Shown piece after piece: positions 25,269 to 40,600 of a stretch of DNA of 64,000 nt (the first letter of the stretch is position 1; each line of letters opens with the position of its first letter). Source of the DNA: Balanoglossus misakiensis (Eukaryota; Animalia; Hemichordata); contig CM082585.2 in NCBI GenBank assembly GCA_040954595.2, forward strand, positions 11,575,451-11,639,450. The letters run 5' to 3'. A model generated the notes under the pieces. That model worked only from the letters and a program-made list of their open reading frames with translations. It ran no database searches and was not told where the DNA came from. The position numbers and the translations under genes were made by a program.

Positions 25269-28200
25269 TCATTTGATAGTTAGGCTGATTTTGACATCAA
25301 AATATCCCTTTGTATAAGCCACGTAACTAGCGATAGCGCCACCAATCAATGCAGTGGATGCCATGAACGTGATAAACCCTCCGGCTGATGGCAGATTTCG
25401 TTCCATGAATGTTGTGTGAAAAGGTAGTGCTGGAACATCCTGCAATATCCAGCAAAGTTGATACTGTCACAGGTCTAGCTTTTGGATCATTACCAGTACT
25501 TATGCAGTTGTATAAAAATTTGCCGAAAGGCCATAAAGAAGATTTTAATTCACAACCCCAAAACTTTGTTTTATTAAAAAATAAAATGCAGCATTTTTTG
25601 CTTACCGGACGTGGTGGTTCATCACACCATATTTGATCAGCAGAAATTTTATCCATGTGATGTAGGATCTGATGAAAAGAAGGAAAAACTAATAAGAAGT
25701 ATGAATTATTTATAAAACATAGTTTGCTTTGTTTATTATTTTTAAATGCAATTCATAATTTGTTCATTATTTCTTATATACACAAGTGTCTATGAACAGA
25801 CATTAATACTGATCACTAAATTAATAGCACCCCTCAGATTGTCCATACCTCTCTTGAAGCTCTTTCTCCGGCCTGTATAGCACCTTCCATGTATCCTGAC
25901 CACTCTGTTGCTGTCTCAGTGCCAGCAAAATACAGCCTTCCTATTGGCTCACGAAGTGATCTGAAACAAAAAACAATAGAGTAGGATAGCACAGCAACCA
26001 ATAGGCACACTCATTACAAAACTAAAGTCACTGACTGAGACATTTTGGTCAGGTTCAAATGATAGCCAAGTTGTTCTCATCTGTTCAAGAAGACAAGATG
26101 AATTTCTACACTTTACAAAAAATATTATAAGACAGCAAACTAGTACATTACCCTGTTGGTTTTCTGGTTATACCTTCCATATTTGGAAAGGTGGATTTTT
26201 GTGATCAAATATAAGCATACAGTGTACTTACCTTCCATATTTGGCAAACTGGCCTGGTGGAACAATTGTTGTATAGCAGCCACCTGTGTACTGTTCTTCC
26301 ATCCAGTTTTTTTCTAAATAGAATATTGGGCTGAGTGCCTCGTCATTGTCAAAGGTTTTGGCCAAAGCTTCGCAAACCAAGCATTTCCTGTAAACATAAA
26401 CATTGAACCAGTTGTTGCAATGCTGTGTGTAAGCTAGCACAGAAGAAAGGTCAACTCAATAAGCTGCAGTACATCACAAAATACAAATCAAAGCTGTAAA
26501 GGTTATTTTTATAAAATAATTCTCTCGGTCTTCACCTCTCATCTTGTGATTTTTCAGCAAATCTTCTTGCTTGGTCTCCGATCACAAATCTGCAGATGTC
26601 AAAAGAAGGGTTATTAATTCATGAAAAAATTGGCTATATGCGAAATCTTGCAGGGTCTCGTAAGGTTCAGAAAATTATCTCTGACTTGGAGCTCACTGTT
26701 GTTATAATTCTACTTACGTTACTACAGCTGGATATTTCCCATCAGGCTTTGTATCATCCAACACATGCACGAATGGGATGTCTGGATCAATTGCTATGAC
26801 AGATCCATTCATGTCTGAATAAAAACGGCAGAGAAACATATTGATGTTCTGATTCTCCAGAGGGCACTCAGGAGTTTTTTGATACAATTGATAGTTCATG
26901 GTGAAATTACTACAAGCTATATAACAATATTATACTATCATTTTCTGAAATCACAAATCCCATTATAGAAGAGACAGTTTCAACATGCTTGTAGTTGTAG
27001 ATGCAGTTGCGTTCATGCATATTAATATCTAGTGCACCATGGACCAGCCACCATATACTTACGTTTTTTACGCCAAAATGGTGTTTTGTAGTAAGCTATG
27101 CATTTCATACTCGCACCCATTGGATGGCGTTGCGTCAGTTGGTTACACATTGGTGTCAGAGGAGGATCGTATATTATATGTGATCTCATTGGTGGAGGAA
27201 GTGCTAAGATGACGTAACTACACTAGATGAGCCAATCACCATTAGTGAAGGAGATAGATGATAAAAATTGGTTTAAAGAGCATGTCATTGTGGGAAAATT
27301 AGCAAAATCATGTTTGAATCTCAGTCTGAAGACATAGAAACTTATTCGTTATATCTGAACAAAATCAATTTTAGTCATGCATATATAAAATGAAGCAAAG
27401 ACATAAACAAACTGTTGTTACCTGGTAAACTTCACCTCCTACAATGGTTACCATGGCACCATGATCTACTTGTTGTATTTTCACAACTGGTGAGTCTAAT
27501 TTCAGTTTGTCACCCAGTCTCTCAGCTAGTCTCTTGCTAATTTGTTGTGTTCCACCAATGAACTTCCTCTCCTGTGAAAATCACATGATTCCACAATTAC
27601 ATAGAGATTCTCACAATGTTGTTACATTTGGTAGTGCTGATTTGCATAGTAACTCAAACTCACCTGTCCACCATTTGTTGTTGATGATATTCTCATGAAT
27701 CCTCCGCATTGTCTGATATACCACAGATACCATAGCATAGAAATTTCATGGGGTTCGGCACATACATTTATTAGAACTTGTTGTCTAGCGAAGTCCTTCA
27801 TCTTCCTGAAATTACAAAAATTACAGGAAACAGAGTGAAACCATCGGAGGAAATCAGCTAACATGGAACAATGGAAAATAACGTCCTTCATAGTTTATTC
27901 ATACACTTTTGAGCTGTACATATTCAGTAATTAGGAAAACAGTTTGTAAAGAAAGACATGGGCGAAGTTGAACCAAATCATAAGGAAACAACGCCATAAT
28001 ATCTTTTCATCAAAATAGACCTACTTTGTCCACAAATTTTTCTCAATCCATTCTTTCATGTTGGTGTTGTCCCATTTCTCGGCATACGGACAATCCCAAG
28101 GTGCATCCATAGGAATCTGAAATCACAGCATCTTGATTTTAATAATAGTCATACATTTTGTACAAATAAAACGCCACAATGTGATTTTACAATTTATAAG

Positions 28201-31200
28201 CTCTGTGAAAACCAGGAGCAAGCTTTGTATAAACAACGTTTCTTACCATGCTTCCAAGTCTATCCCATTCCCGGATGAGATGGTTGAAATCCAGATAGAT
28301 CAACGGATTCCAGAACCTGGGAAAGTATCCTTCGTAGGGAATTCCCCTACCCTGGATGAAACAGAAGGGAAAAGGAAAATGCTGTAAAAAGAACCCACCA
28401 TTCAAGGAAAAAACTCCCCATAAATTATCTTGCCACTTTAGCTGTTCTTTAGACCCTCAAAATTTTTATACAAATAATGATTTGTAAGAACACTCACATT
28501 TTCAACCCACACTGATTTTTCATCTTCCTTCAAGATGTAATTCTTCACACCAACTTCAGCTGCGACTCGGAAGAGCCTGTTCTGAGTAACACCACCGTAA
28601 GATCCACCCAAGTCACACCATCCAAAATCATCACCCTGTAAGAGAATGCTATAGGTCATAAATGCATACATAACATTTGACAATTGCATCTGCATGTTTG
28701 AAGCACTATCATCTCTAACTTTTGGTAATTCTTTTCAATATGTTTGTTTTGCACGCAAACTGCGGAACTGTTTTCAAATCCTAAAACACAATAAAATGTT
28801 TGGTGGTATGCTTATCAACACAGCCGATGGCCAGTCTGCAACCCTACCACATGGCAGAGCAACTTCTGATGAGAAACAAATTAAACCCCCCTCCTCCCAA
28901 TTTCACAATGACAGTACCTCAATAGTCAGAGTCCGACCGCCAACCCTGTCCCTCGCCTCCAAAAGAAGGAAATCAATACCCTCCTTCTGTAGCAAATGGG
29001 CTGCACTCAAACCTAAAAAGTAAACAAAAGTTAGAATATCACGAATGTACCATAGTTGATTTCAAGAACGCATATCCAGGCTGACATGTTGTCCACTTTA
29101 TTCAACCAGAATTAAACATTTATGACTTTGAAAAAAGATGCATTGATGGACGAAAAATCTATTCTCTGCCGGTCAGAATGATTGAGCCTTTCAATGTCAT
29201 ATCAGACATTCAGAGGTGTCATTGTGAATCCATACAATACATAACTATAATTATTGAGTTTCCATGGAGATACTCAGCGCTGTACATCACATTACCTCTG
29301 TGTAGCAACAGTATGACAATATGGCTGATACTGTTTTGAACACATCATTTAAAAAAATATGCAGTAAACATGATTTTAAATTTGCAGCAGCTGCTCAAAA
29401 ACAATTTCCTCTTTATGACTCTGATATTGATCATGAGTTTTTCTGTAAATAATGATGATAGTACTTGAAAAGCAATTAAAAATGTCACTCAAATTCATAT
29501 GGATGTAATTACTTTTTAGTAGAATGTATTATGTGTCTATGCAAACCAGACATATTGCATTACCAAAATCAACATTAATTTTGTAATGACTCATGATGTC
29601 AAATTTTGCAACTTGGTGCTAAGTTGTTTTAGTCCATTTTATTAAATTTGAGCAAATGGTATTAATTGCATAAAACAATGATTGGTTGACCTGCAGGTAA
29701 AATTACACCTTTCCCTTCAAGCAATTTCAATCACTTAGTGTGTAATTTAACTTCGGAGGTCATTTTATTTTATAGATAGAATTCTGATCAGGTGAAAACC
29801 CTTCATTATGCTGTAAGCCATGAAACTCTTGAGTCTACACTTTTTCCCATTGAACATCTGCACCCTGACATCAATATTCTCAGCTTGTCATTTTCAGGCA
29901 CCTGGGAATCATCAATGCAAACACTGGGATTGCTTTTATTTCCATCTCAGGAGAATAATGACATGCTCACGCTGGACACTAAATTTTTCAATTACTATAT
30001 CCTCCAAGTGAGAGTTAATTCTTAGATTCCATATTATGAAGACTTCTCCCATTCATGTTTCAAGCCAAGATTTCCTCTTAATACATGTTTGAAGATGATT
30101 TAGATTTACTTCAGGATACTAAAAGTAGAGCCCAGGGAGTTATCTTTCTATGATTTATAATATTCTAGTTTTTGTGTGTGTATGTGTGTGTAATTTATGA
30201 CCACTGCAAGTGGAACAACAGCCCAGATTTATTATAGAGTAACAACCCTAGGAGAACTCTTTCCGCTCCGAAAATCACAGAGCTTTACAAAGATTTAGAA
30301 AGTCAATCCACAAAATGATGAATACTGATGGAAAGTCACGTAGTAGGGAACTTGAATCAACATTTCACGGCCTAAAATAGTTGTCCCTCTCTATTAAATT
30401 CGTCCCCAGGGACAAATCTTAGTTTGTAAAACATGACCATCAATAATAGCAGATCCATTCTAAGTGATTTGGCAGAAATATATTTTACGAATACCTTTCA
30501 TGAAAAATTCATAATACAAATTCCTTTCTGAAATGAAATGAAAGGAACCCACGTAATCATGCAAAGTGCAAATTATTAATGTAAAAAAATTGGAAGAATC
30601 AAACCACTTATTCACAGGAAGGAAGGCTATAGCTTAAATAATTGATCAACATTTATATGCCAAACTGACTTATTGCATTCTACTGTTCTGGGGTATTGTC
30701 ATTAATACTATGGTTTGTGATTATTTTCTGTTATTGCAAACTTCTCAATGAAGGTAAAGGATTTAATATGCATTCTGATATTATGATAAATGAACATTAC
30801 TTTTTTGATCAAAAGCAAGCTCCAATGGGGACTGTGAATTTATGGCCTCAGCTAGACGTATTCCCTGAATTTCATTGTGAACGAGATTTGTGTGTATTTT
30901 AGACCGCTGGGTATAGCAACGTTTTCCATAGCTACAGTGAAGCCGTAACATGAGGTTAATCTCCATGGAGTAACTTCAGACAGGCTACGTGCTTGAATGA
31001 TCATGTCACATGACTTACAACCAAAGGTCATCCAACAATTGAAATGCAAGACATAACTCTCTATTGGCTGGTCGACAAGGCAATTGCACAGGATAAAATA
31101 CTTCAGATTAACAGAATCAATGCATACAAAATGCCATCAGAATAATGGACTTTATGGATGCTTAATACAGTAAAAGTGGGTGAAAGAAATGAACAAAAAT

Positions 31201-32058
31201 GCTCAAATGTTTGCGTTTTAATATTCACTCAAATTAGCAGTTATACCTGAGTGTCAATATCACAGATGATTTTTTATTTCTCCACTTTATTTGATAACAT
31301 CTTTACAATGGTAAAGGTACTTATTGTGTACAGTGGACAGGTGAGATCATCTATAATGCAAGATTCGGGACAGACAAGCAATAAAATTTGGCCTTGAGTT
31401 ACCATCATAAAATACACACAACAGGAAAGATCACACAAAAATGCTGTGTTTGCCACTGTGTGACAGATTGGAGAGTGATATATGACAAGGGCGCTGATTG
31501 GATAATAAACGTTCTATGAAGAACGTACCAAATATGTTAGCCAATGGCGTGGCGTGTAGTACACGGACAGGGTATTCATGCAATGTACCAGACGACAGTC
31601 TTGCAGACGACATTAAATGTCAATATCTCTAGTTCAAATTTACATTGCCATATTTTACTTTCATTCAAGACAATGGAATACTTTTGTCGCATTCTCGTCT
31701 TCGGCTTGTATGATGCAAAATATCGCCAACTCGTGTGAATAATTTGTCAATCCCTGGCCAAGGATGTGAGGTTCTATAAAGTATAAAGTTCTAGCTCTGT
31801 CGAGGATCATGACCGAGTTACGACCAGGGGAGATCTACGTTCTGTAACACGATAAGAGATCATCGAGGGGGATTTAGGTCAACGACTTGGTCGACATCGT
31901 CCCTTGGCTGATGCATGCACTGTCATTGTATTTTAGATTCAACGACGTTTAGTATTTATGACAGTCATCATTGTACTGTGTTGATCGAAAGCTGGGCCCC
32001 ACTTACCGCTTAGTCCCGCGCCGATTACAATAACATCGTGACGACCATCGCTTGCCAT
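25269..32058 (-). CDS. MAO: Flavin-containing monoamine oxidase (MAO-A/B-like), multi-exon with a first intron of about 3 kb
   Basis: N-terminus [22 protein letters not shown]...[12 protein letters not shown] (FAD-binding GxGxxG), then [32 protein letters not shown] and [14 protein letters not shown] (FAD-attachment Cys motif). Ends with [25 protein letters not shown] and [18 protein letters not shown] plus a hydrophobic tail anchor. Confidence 0.95.
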
Positions 32059-33994
32059 TCTGTGATCGTGAAGTCTTCGAATGTAGAGATATCAGCGATT
32101 ACTAATTCGCTTACAAAATAATCACTTCTTTCAGATCAAACACCGCGATGAACCGTGCAGGCACAGAATAGCAGACAACTGTCGTCCCCAGCTAATCAAT
32201 GCAAGTGCAATCACCTTTTATACTAAACTCCCTAGCTGGTTGAAAATCGCTTACTTCGATTTACACACCTAAGTTACAAGATTTGCTACTTCTACCATAA
32301 ATTTAAGCTGTTTTTTTTTTAATTTCCATCCATTTTTTTCCACACTTCAATTCACATCCCTTTTCAACTTACCCACTGCTTTTCAATGATTATTTTTTAC
32401 TCTCTGTGCTGTGTCAGCCATTTGTCCTTGGTGGCAAGTTGTGATCAGATTCCGATAAAGAGGTCCAGTCACCCACGCTAATCGAAAGAAAGTGCCATCT
32501 CTAGAGAACATTGTATCATTCATTTAAATATATTCCTCAGAAGATGCCTCTAATACATAGCAACACACAAAAGTTCATGCATTCTCACACCAACTCATAC
32601 CAACACACAAAAACAGTGACACACTAAATGCATAAAACTGAATTGTATTAACACAATGAACTTATGTACAACACGAAAAGTGTGACTAAAATTTGTCACC
32701 AACAATTCAACTGTGAAATGCCCATAATAACATTAAAATGAACTTTCAATAATAAACATATATAATTATATAAATATCATACAAGTGCGATTTGTAAATT
32801 GTGAAGAATTATCTCGTAATACTTGAAAGATGCAAGGCTACTGTAATTTACTTTGTCAAAAAACAACAGATGAAATGAGAACACTTGATAGGCTACAGGC
32901 CAGTGAGAAATAGAAACTCTTAACAGCAAATTATAAGCATCAACATCTGCATATCCAGCATATTCAGTGAAACCTAACTGTACATGAAAGGATCAAGAAA
33001 GTTGATATATCGTCATGTATACAGCACACAAATGACTGGCCATGAAGGCAACAGCATACAGCTGTCTCCCCAAGGGAGCATATAATATAAAGAGAAGTTT
33101 GAAAATTGCTCCTGAATTCAGTCAAGCAGTTATTGAAGTGTACAACTTACATTCACACTGATGAGATTTAATACTTTCAAGTGAGCTATGAAATTGTCAT
33201 TGCTGTTATGAATATGCGGACAATTGTAGTTCTGGCCGTTGGTGGCGGTATCACACTCCCAAGAGTCATTGCAGGCAATACTAACTGCAGGGAGTGGCCC
33301 ACTAAACAGCACAACTTATCGTCAAAACTTTGAAGTTAATTTGAGCATCTCAGCTAGCATGTATAAGATACACTTTAATTTCCATGACTCTGACATGCAG
33401 TTTTTGTCTGTTTGCCTGTACACAGGCTATGAAACAGTCAAGGAATGTTGAATTTTGTCAAGTGTATCAACTGCTATGGTTATAGTGACCAACTTTAAAT
33501 GTGAAAGTACATGAACTGTGCAGGTCTACAACTACTGTCTTTAAGATCTTCAATCTGATCTTTGAACTGTACAAAATATATTTCAGCATGGCAAAAACTT
33601 GTTCTTAGTTTAAAGTTTATTCATTGAATTAGGTGGGATATCGTTGTCCTGACTTATGATTAGGATTTTTTTCATAAAAGTGAATTTAAAATTTATGAAA
33701 ACTTAAGGAACTTCAACATTTTTGAACTGTCAATATTATTTTGCAAAATTTGTTAAATTCAACATGTTACTTGAAAGGTCTATAACAAAATTCTTCAACT
33801 ACATGAAAACTTCAAAAACATTGCCAAAATCCCGCAAATGTTAGGGTATACACTTTTTCAGAATATTCCGTCGTTGAGGTTTGACTTCGTCCTCACACCT
33901 TCTCCGTCCACAATGGTACAGTCCATCGATTCCAAATACAATAGGCTTGGACCACTATGTAGGGGTAGAAGAGAGTTTTGATTGTGCGTATTTG

Positions 33995-36900
33995 TCAAGA
34001 AATACTGGTATGAACCGATGGGTCAGGGTTCGTAGTATTATTATGTCTCAGCAAATAGCTGTCCCTTGAACCCTTGGCACGATTTACATTGTTTCTATTC
34101 CTGCGCCAATCATTGTCGTATTGTCTCTGCAGTTTCATTGCCAGCTGAAAGTCCAGCTCTTCCTGTGAAAGTAGCGGCTTCTGAGGACTTGTAAAGCGTT
34201 CCATTGACCTCCGAGATTTCTCTCCGTCTGCTTTGAATTTCTTGGGTTTGTTTCCCTGATCACCGCTGGTTTGACGCTTCCTTCTGATTGCTCCACTCTG
34301 AGTTTGAGTGACCTGGTCTTTGGCATCCTTGTTGTCAGAGACTTTCAATTTCTTTGGAGTAGTTTGTAATTCGTTATCAATACTTGATGTGCTGGTTACA
34401 TCACTTGCACACTGTGAGTTTGTCTGGCTGCTCTTTCTTCTCCTGGGAGAAACTGCCATAGCATTGGCAATACTGTTATTTGGCAAATTTCCTGCTGTGT
34501 GTTGTGACCTTTTGGTGCAGTCGAAGGGCTTGGTTGGAGGCCTATCACACATTTTCACTTGGTCTTGTGTTTTGGTTTTCCTGGGAGATCGGGGTGAGCT
34601 TGAAGGGCAGCTAGTCTCACTTGCTGTACGAGTCCGAGCTAGTTTGTCTCTTCTGTTGTTTGAATCAACAGTGGTACCACTCACAAGGGAGTTATCAGTC
34701 TTTTTAGCTCCCCTGTTAAACATATCTGCTATAGTTCTCACTTTTGAAGTCTTGGCGTCTTTTGGCACTTGATCAAACTTCAATGTCCGTGAAGGTTTCC
34801 CACTACTTTTACACAAATCTTTGGCTGCTACTGAGTTATTATTGTTCCTGTTTCCAGATCTATTTCTGGTTCGTATCTTGTATGCAGTTCTGTTCACCAC
34901 AGCGACATCTTTGGCTTTTTCATTCAGACACTTCACACCAAGTTCATCACTCTGACTTGCACCGATTTTTACATTGTGACCCCTAAATCCAGTCTTGACT
35001 TTCTCCTGTGATTGTAAAACAGTTTGAATTTCCTCATCAGAATCCGATTTGTAGTCTGAGGGAATTTTCAGAGTTGATTTGTCAGGATGTTTACCACCAC
35101 TCCTATCTCTGACAGTGAGGTGCTGCTTTGAACCACATTCTGGATCTGACTTTCTCATTTTTGCAGACTGTTCCGAAGTAACAGTTGATGACGCCTTTCT
35201 TTTCCTAGAACTCAACTCAGCTGGAACATGATTTGGTATCATGTCACACTCTGCTCTCAAGCTACGTGTTCTATCATTCACACTGCTGCTCAGAGAAACC
35301 AAGACAAGGTGTGGCGAGGGTTTTCCCATGTCACCACCAGTCATCGTTCCCTTAGATTGGTTTGCCAACACCTGTTTGCGCTCGTCTGCCAGACTCAGCC
35401 ATTTTGCCATCACAAGAGGTGAACGTTGGAGCCAACTCTCGTCTTCATTCAATTTGCTTTTACTGAGGTTGCAAGGTGTTGTGTGAACAAGTACTGGCGT
35501 TAATAGTGTGCCATCCAGACGTCTTTTGGGTGGTGTTCGTGGAGATGTGTGTATAGGTTTAAAATGATTCAGTTCTGGTGCGATGCTATCGATGCTTGTC
35601 GCGCTGTTCCTGCCTCCAGTCGGACTCTTCCTCCTCACCACATCAGTGTCATCTCCTTCTTTCTCCGGATCCCCTTCCTGATGCTTTTCCTCGGTAGATT
35701 TATCCAGGGATTCAATGTCAAGGTCAGTGGTATCACTGCAACTCCTGCTGGGCAGTGGCTCGCTGACGTAGTCCGGAAAGAAGCAGGATTCGGAATCTGA
35801 TCGGCTCGGTGAGGTGGACTTGGATGAAGCTTTGGCAAAAAATGTCTCTATGCTGACAAGATATTCTTTACTGCCTGTCGATGACCTGCTTCCTCTCTTG
35901 TTGCCACTTGGTGTCTTTTTTGATGGACCTGGCACAGCACTGGCGTCGGGAGATCTGCTTGTGTTTGCGACCTGTGAACGAAAATGGAATTTATGCTATA
36001 AGTACAGTAAACATTGTCTTACACTGAACACAAGTAGAGATCAGGGCCAGCTGTCAGTTTCCAGGAGTTTGGTTTACGCCTGTGTTTTCATGAAGATTAA
36101 CAGATCAGAACTGTACTAAAGCACAGGGATAGTGAAAACACGTTCACAAGTAACTACCTGATTCAGTTCTTGCTGCAGTTTCCTGGCAAGTACTTCGTCG
36201 CCTTCAGGGACATGATTGAGCTGATCGTAAAGTCTCTTGGCTAACTCCTCATCACTCAGAATGCCATCTTCAAGATCTGGTTCTGAATCAACCATTGGTA
36301 CCGGTACATCCTAGATAGTAAAAGCATACAGACTTTTAATGATCATACCAGTCAGGTTAAAGTACATAAGAGGTGATTGCAGAAATACAAAGCGCTTACC
36401 TTGCCAACATTTTCATTTAACTTTTTGGCTAACTCTTCATCTCGTAGCCTTTGTACCTCAGATGCTTTCTTCATTTCTTCCAGGTGTTTCATCTCTTCTT
36501 CTTGTAGTTTCTTGATCAACTCAGCACTTGCCTGAAACTCTAGTTCTTCTTCCTGTCTTTTCTGCTGCCTCAGCTGAATAATAGTGAAAACCAACATTGA
36601 CCATCACTCATTCTTGAATCATTCAAAATATATGCAATCTTAGACACGTCCTTTGATCATATATAGAAAATGCTGAATTTATAGCCATATTACCTGATTC
36701 AGCTGTTCTTCATACTCTTTCCTAACCTCTCCTGGTTCGCAGATATTTGGTACATTGTGAGAAATAATTTCTGGAAAGAAGTACATGAAGTTGCATGTAA
36801 GCCAATGGGCAAACTGTTTGAAACTAATTTTGTATACACTTAACTACAGGGTGGTAACTACATTAGTTTTACCAAGTACATGTAGATTATACCCAATCGC

Positions 36901-37432
36901 ATAGGAAGTTAACATTAACAAATGAACCGTGGCGACAATCGCCCGGGGCCCCCCGGGGGTTGATTAGTGGGCGTGTCACTTGACCCGTAATATTGTCACT
37001 ATTTGGCGGGCTCCTTTAAAATTATGCTGTCTGCCTAGGCCAGAAAAGTCAATGTATCGACTTATTTACCCCACATTTTAACAAGACAACCGTACCTTCC
37101 TCGAAACTCTCATCTTCAAAGCCTTCTAAACGCCTTCTACACTTTTCCGGAAAAGCAGCTTGAATAATCCTCCATCGATTCTGGTCGATCAATTTGTTTT
37201 CTCGAGATCGCTTTCGGGCCCAGCTGCTGATCCTAATCCTACACATCGGACAGGTGAAGTTGGCTTCCTCGACATTCTTTCGGAAACAGGGCATACAAAG
37301 TTCGTGAGAGCATGGCATGGTTACCGGCTCGATCAGAATCGACATACATATCGGACATATACAATCCGAAAGCAACAAATCTGGCCGATTAATGTCAAGC
37401 GTCGGACGCGATCTGTCGTCCTTAGCCGCCAT
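33995..37432 (-). CDS. RNF168: E3 ubiquitin ligase RNF168-like (RING, ubiquitin-binding helices, LR motif)
   Basis: N-terminal RING CPICMSILIEPVTMPCSHELCMPCF...CPMCRIRISSWAR, then CEPGEVRKEYEQ and EEELEFQASAELIKKL. C-terminal QEELDFQLAMKLQ (MIU-like) and RAKGSRDSYLLR (LRM-like). Confidence 0.9.
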
Positions 37433-37684
37433 TTTGCAAAGTTTTGACAAGTCTCGTTGTGCGCGTGACGAGAAATGACGAAATGTTTATAAATAAATCG
37501 AAAAAACTGATTACGATGTATTTTAGAAATATTTTGTTCATATCTTCCGAGTATTTGTCCAATTTGGTGTTTTGACCATTTCATAATCTGATTAAGGTAT
37601 ATGGCACACACATTTCCATGTTTGTGATATAATTTCAAAACAGACCTGTTGAACTAAATTTCCCATGAATCTGAGCAAACTAAG
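37433..37684. promoter_or_regulatory. Bidirectional promoter between RNF168 and EIF2A
   Basis: Divergent ATGs 252 bp apart. Both start codons sit in YY1-like contexts (AAAATGGCGG and AAGATGGCTG). Confidence 0.6.
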
Positions 37685-40600
37685 ATGGCTGCGCCCTGTC
37701 CACTTGTCGCGGGTGAGTTGATATATTGAGTTGACCCGAAAAATGAGAAAGAGTGCATACTTTGACAGTTTGAAAATATGCGACACTAACACGGAGTGAA
37801 ACAAACTAGAATTTTGCAAGAATGTTGTGTGAAAGTTCTTTTCTTTGAAGTATCTCGAGTTAGACTGCCACATGGCAATGTTTTCGTCGCACGTGCACGT
37901 GTGATAATGTACACACCTTCCACGTTGTGTCCCCCTCATACATCTTACCATATTGCTGCAGTTTTGTAGCCCCGCGACTACCCTTGACGATTTTTGTCTA
38001 ACTTCCCCATACCATGTGGTACGTCCATGCCCTCACATAAACAGCCGTAGATCCGCAGCAGATAAATGTAGCCCTGAATCCCGTACAGTGTTTTCCGAGA
38101 AGGGGGCGTTGCCCCCAAAAGACTGCCAGAGCACCAGGGTTACAATTATTGCACTTGCATATGTTTGGTTGTATTCTCTTTTTACAGTGCGGGCCTCTGC
38201 AGGCACATCGTTATTTCAAGGACCACCAGCATTGAAACAGTTTGACAACTTTTCAAGGTGACTATTTATTTTCTCTTTCAGTGACCTTTGACCTTGTTAA
38301 CCAACTAAAGCTAATCTTTATACATGTATAACTATGGCCAATTTCATCAGGTCTGTTGGGTTGGATGTGTGTGTATTGCAATTTTCATATAATAGTATAT
38401 CATTTAGCAAATACTAGTAATATGTAACAATAAATTAAGTAATGTACATTATATGTCAAATGAATAGTGAATGATCTCTTTCTTCATCTCTTGCAACAGT
38501 GACACAAGCCCAAGATGTAGAGTAATAGCATTCAGTGCTGATGGCAGTCTCTTTGCATGGTGTAATGGACAAGTGTAAGTATTACTTTTCATAAGTTATC
38601 TCTTTAACTAATGGCTGATCAGCTGTAGCTGATAACAGAAATTGTCAGTAGTTGATGGTGGACAAATTCAGATCTGCCTATGACTGTATTTTCATGCCAG
38701 GTTTTGAAATTTCAACCACGAATGTCTCAACCATCCATGTCCAATAATGTGCGATTTTTCCCCTTGCAGCATAAATATCACCAGTTTACCAACAGGTGAC
38801 TTTGTGCAGAGAATTGACCGACCCAAAACTGTGTGTCTGCAGTTTTCACCCAGAAACAACATTTTGGCAACTTGGGAACCTTATGCTGGTGAGTTATAAA
38901 TCATGAGTGTTGAATGTCATGTAGCATATTGATTAGGTTGGTACATGTAATATAATGAATGCAGTCTTCTGGGGACTTTGAATTTTAACCCAATTTTGTA
39001 GGATTTAGCAGGAAAAACCATAAACCTACTACCTCTGTTGAATTCAGTTACCAAGGATACACCAGCAGGAACTCCTAATTTGCATTTATGGGATGTGAAG
39101 ACTGCGCAAGACCTCAAAGGGTTTGTACAGAAGAGACAAGATACATGGTTAGTGCATTGACTTGCTGGTAGAAATCTTGTCAGGTCCCCTTTTCTCTCTA
39201 CAATCTTGTTTGGTGTTTTGAAAGATGTGATGACAGCTAAACCTGATCAATATATTTTGGACATCTTCATACATGCAACAGAAACAATAAAACAAAATTC
39301 CCGACCTACAGGCCTTCTCTATTTTTCTTTCAGGTGCCCTCAGTGGTCATCGGATGAGAGTATCTGTGCCAGAAATGTGAACAATGAAATCCATTTCTTT
39401 GAAGGCAATAACTTCGGTGGGTACCTCTCTGTTAAAATCTGTTTGGGAAAAAAATTGATGCAGAACATGCATGGCAATGCTTGTTGGTCCAGAAGTCTGG
39501 TTGAGAATGTGTGATGACTCTCACATCATTTGCACCGCTTCCTACCTACTGATTTTGATTTGATTTGATTTTTCACCCACACTAGACACCATAGTCAGAA
39601 AGCTTCACATCCAAAAGATTGCAGACTTCCGACTCTCTCCAGGTGACATGCCTTGCAAAGTAGCAACATATGTGCCAGGATCAAAGGTAAGATTGCAGCA
39701 GCATTATTAAAAAGTTTATCTGTAAAATATTATTATGATATGAAATACAAATGTGTTTATGAATAATTCAGCAGAATACAAATTTTCTATTTTCCAGGGT
39801 GCACCATCATTTGTACGTGTTTACAAATATCCAAATTTGGAAGGTCCTGGATCGATGATTGCAAACAAGAGTTTCTTCAAGGCTGACAGGGTCAACATAT
39901 TGTGGAATAAGAAAGGTAAGCTATCAACTGAAAATCTACATGTACACTCCAGGATATTCAATGGGGATATTATAAGCCCAAAAGAGAATACATATCACTC
40001 CTATAGTTGTTTCTGTTGAAATATTGTGTTATATTTTACATCTTGACCATTCCTCACAGGGACTGATTTGTTGGTGATTACAACAGTAGACGTTGACCAA
40101 ACAGGTGCATCATATTACGGTGAACAAGCTCTTCATTACATCAGTGCAAAGGGAGAAACAAGTAATGTACCTCTGGGTGAGTAGCCTGAGCGCGCTCTGT
40201 GAACTCTGACCTATGACACCTAGAATGACTCCTGTTACGCTGCTTGGTAGCCCATGACCTTCAACTATCAATGCAGGTGGGCAAGTTTGATTTGATGTTC
40301 CCGTAAAAACTATCAATGCACCTTTGCTAAGTTTAAGTCTCTATCATGTAACATTGGCATTTGTTTTTCCCTTTCCAGCCAAGAAAGGTCCTATATATAG
40401 TGTAGATTGGAATGTGAATTCCACTGAATTCTGTGTTGTGTATGGATGTATCCTTTGTTGTTTTCATGTCTAGTTTTAGACAATGTTTTGAATTCTTTCT
40501 CGAAACATTTGTGCCAGACCTTGGTTGGGTTCTGACTTCGTAATCTATGTCTATATCTAATTGCCAAAGATATGTATTCTAGTCATGGCTAGGTTGTAGT

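Noticed and set aside
31762-31900. GGATGTGAGG resembling the 5' end of 7SK RNA
   Set aside because: The match is only 10 nt, and the downstream sequence lacks the 7SK stem pattern and a Pol III terminator.
33995-35935. 646-aa low-complexity ORF as a separate novel gene
   Set aside because: It is the last exon of RNF168 and carries the MIU-like and LR motifs.
36940-36960. GC-rich near-palindrome CCCGGGGCCCCCCGGGG in RNF168 intron 1
   Set aside because: Too short and isolated to support a call.
38282-38295. TGACCTTTGACC DR1-type nuclear receptor motifs (also about 8153, 56759 and 58353)
   Set aside because: They are short and scattered, mostly intronic, with no evidence of function from sequence alone.
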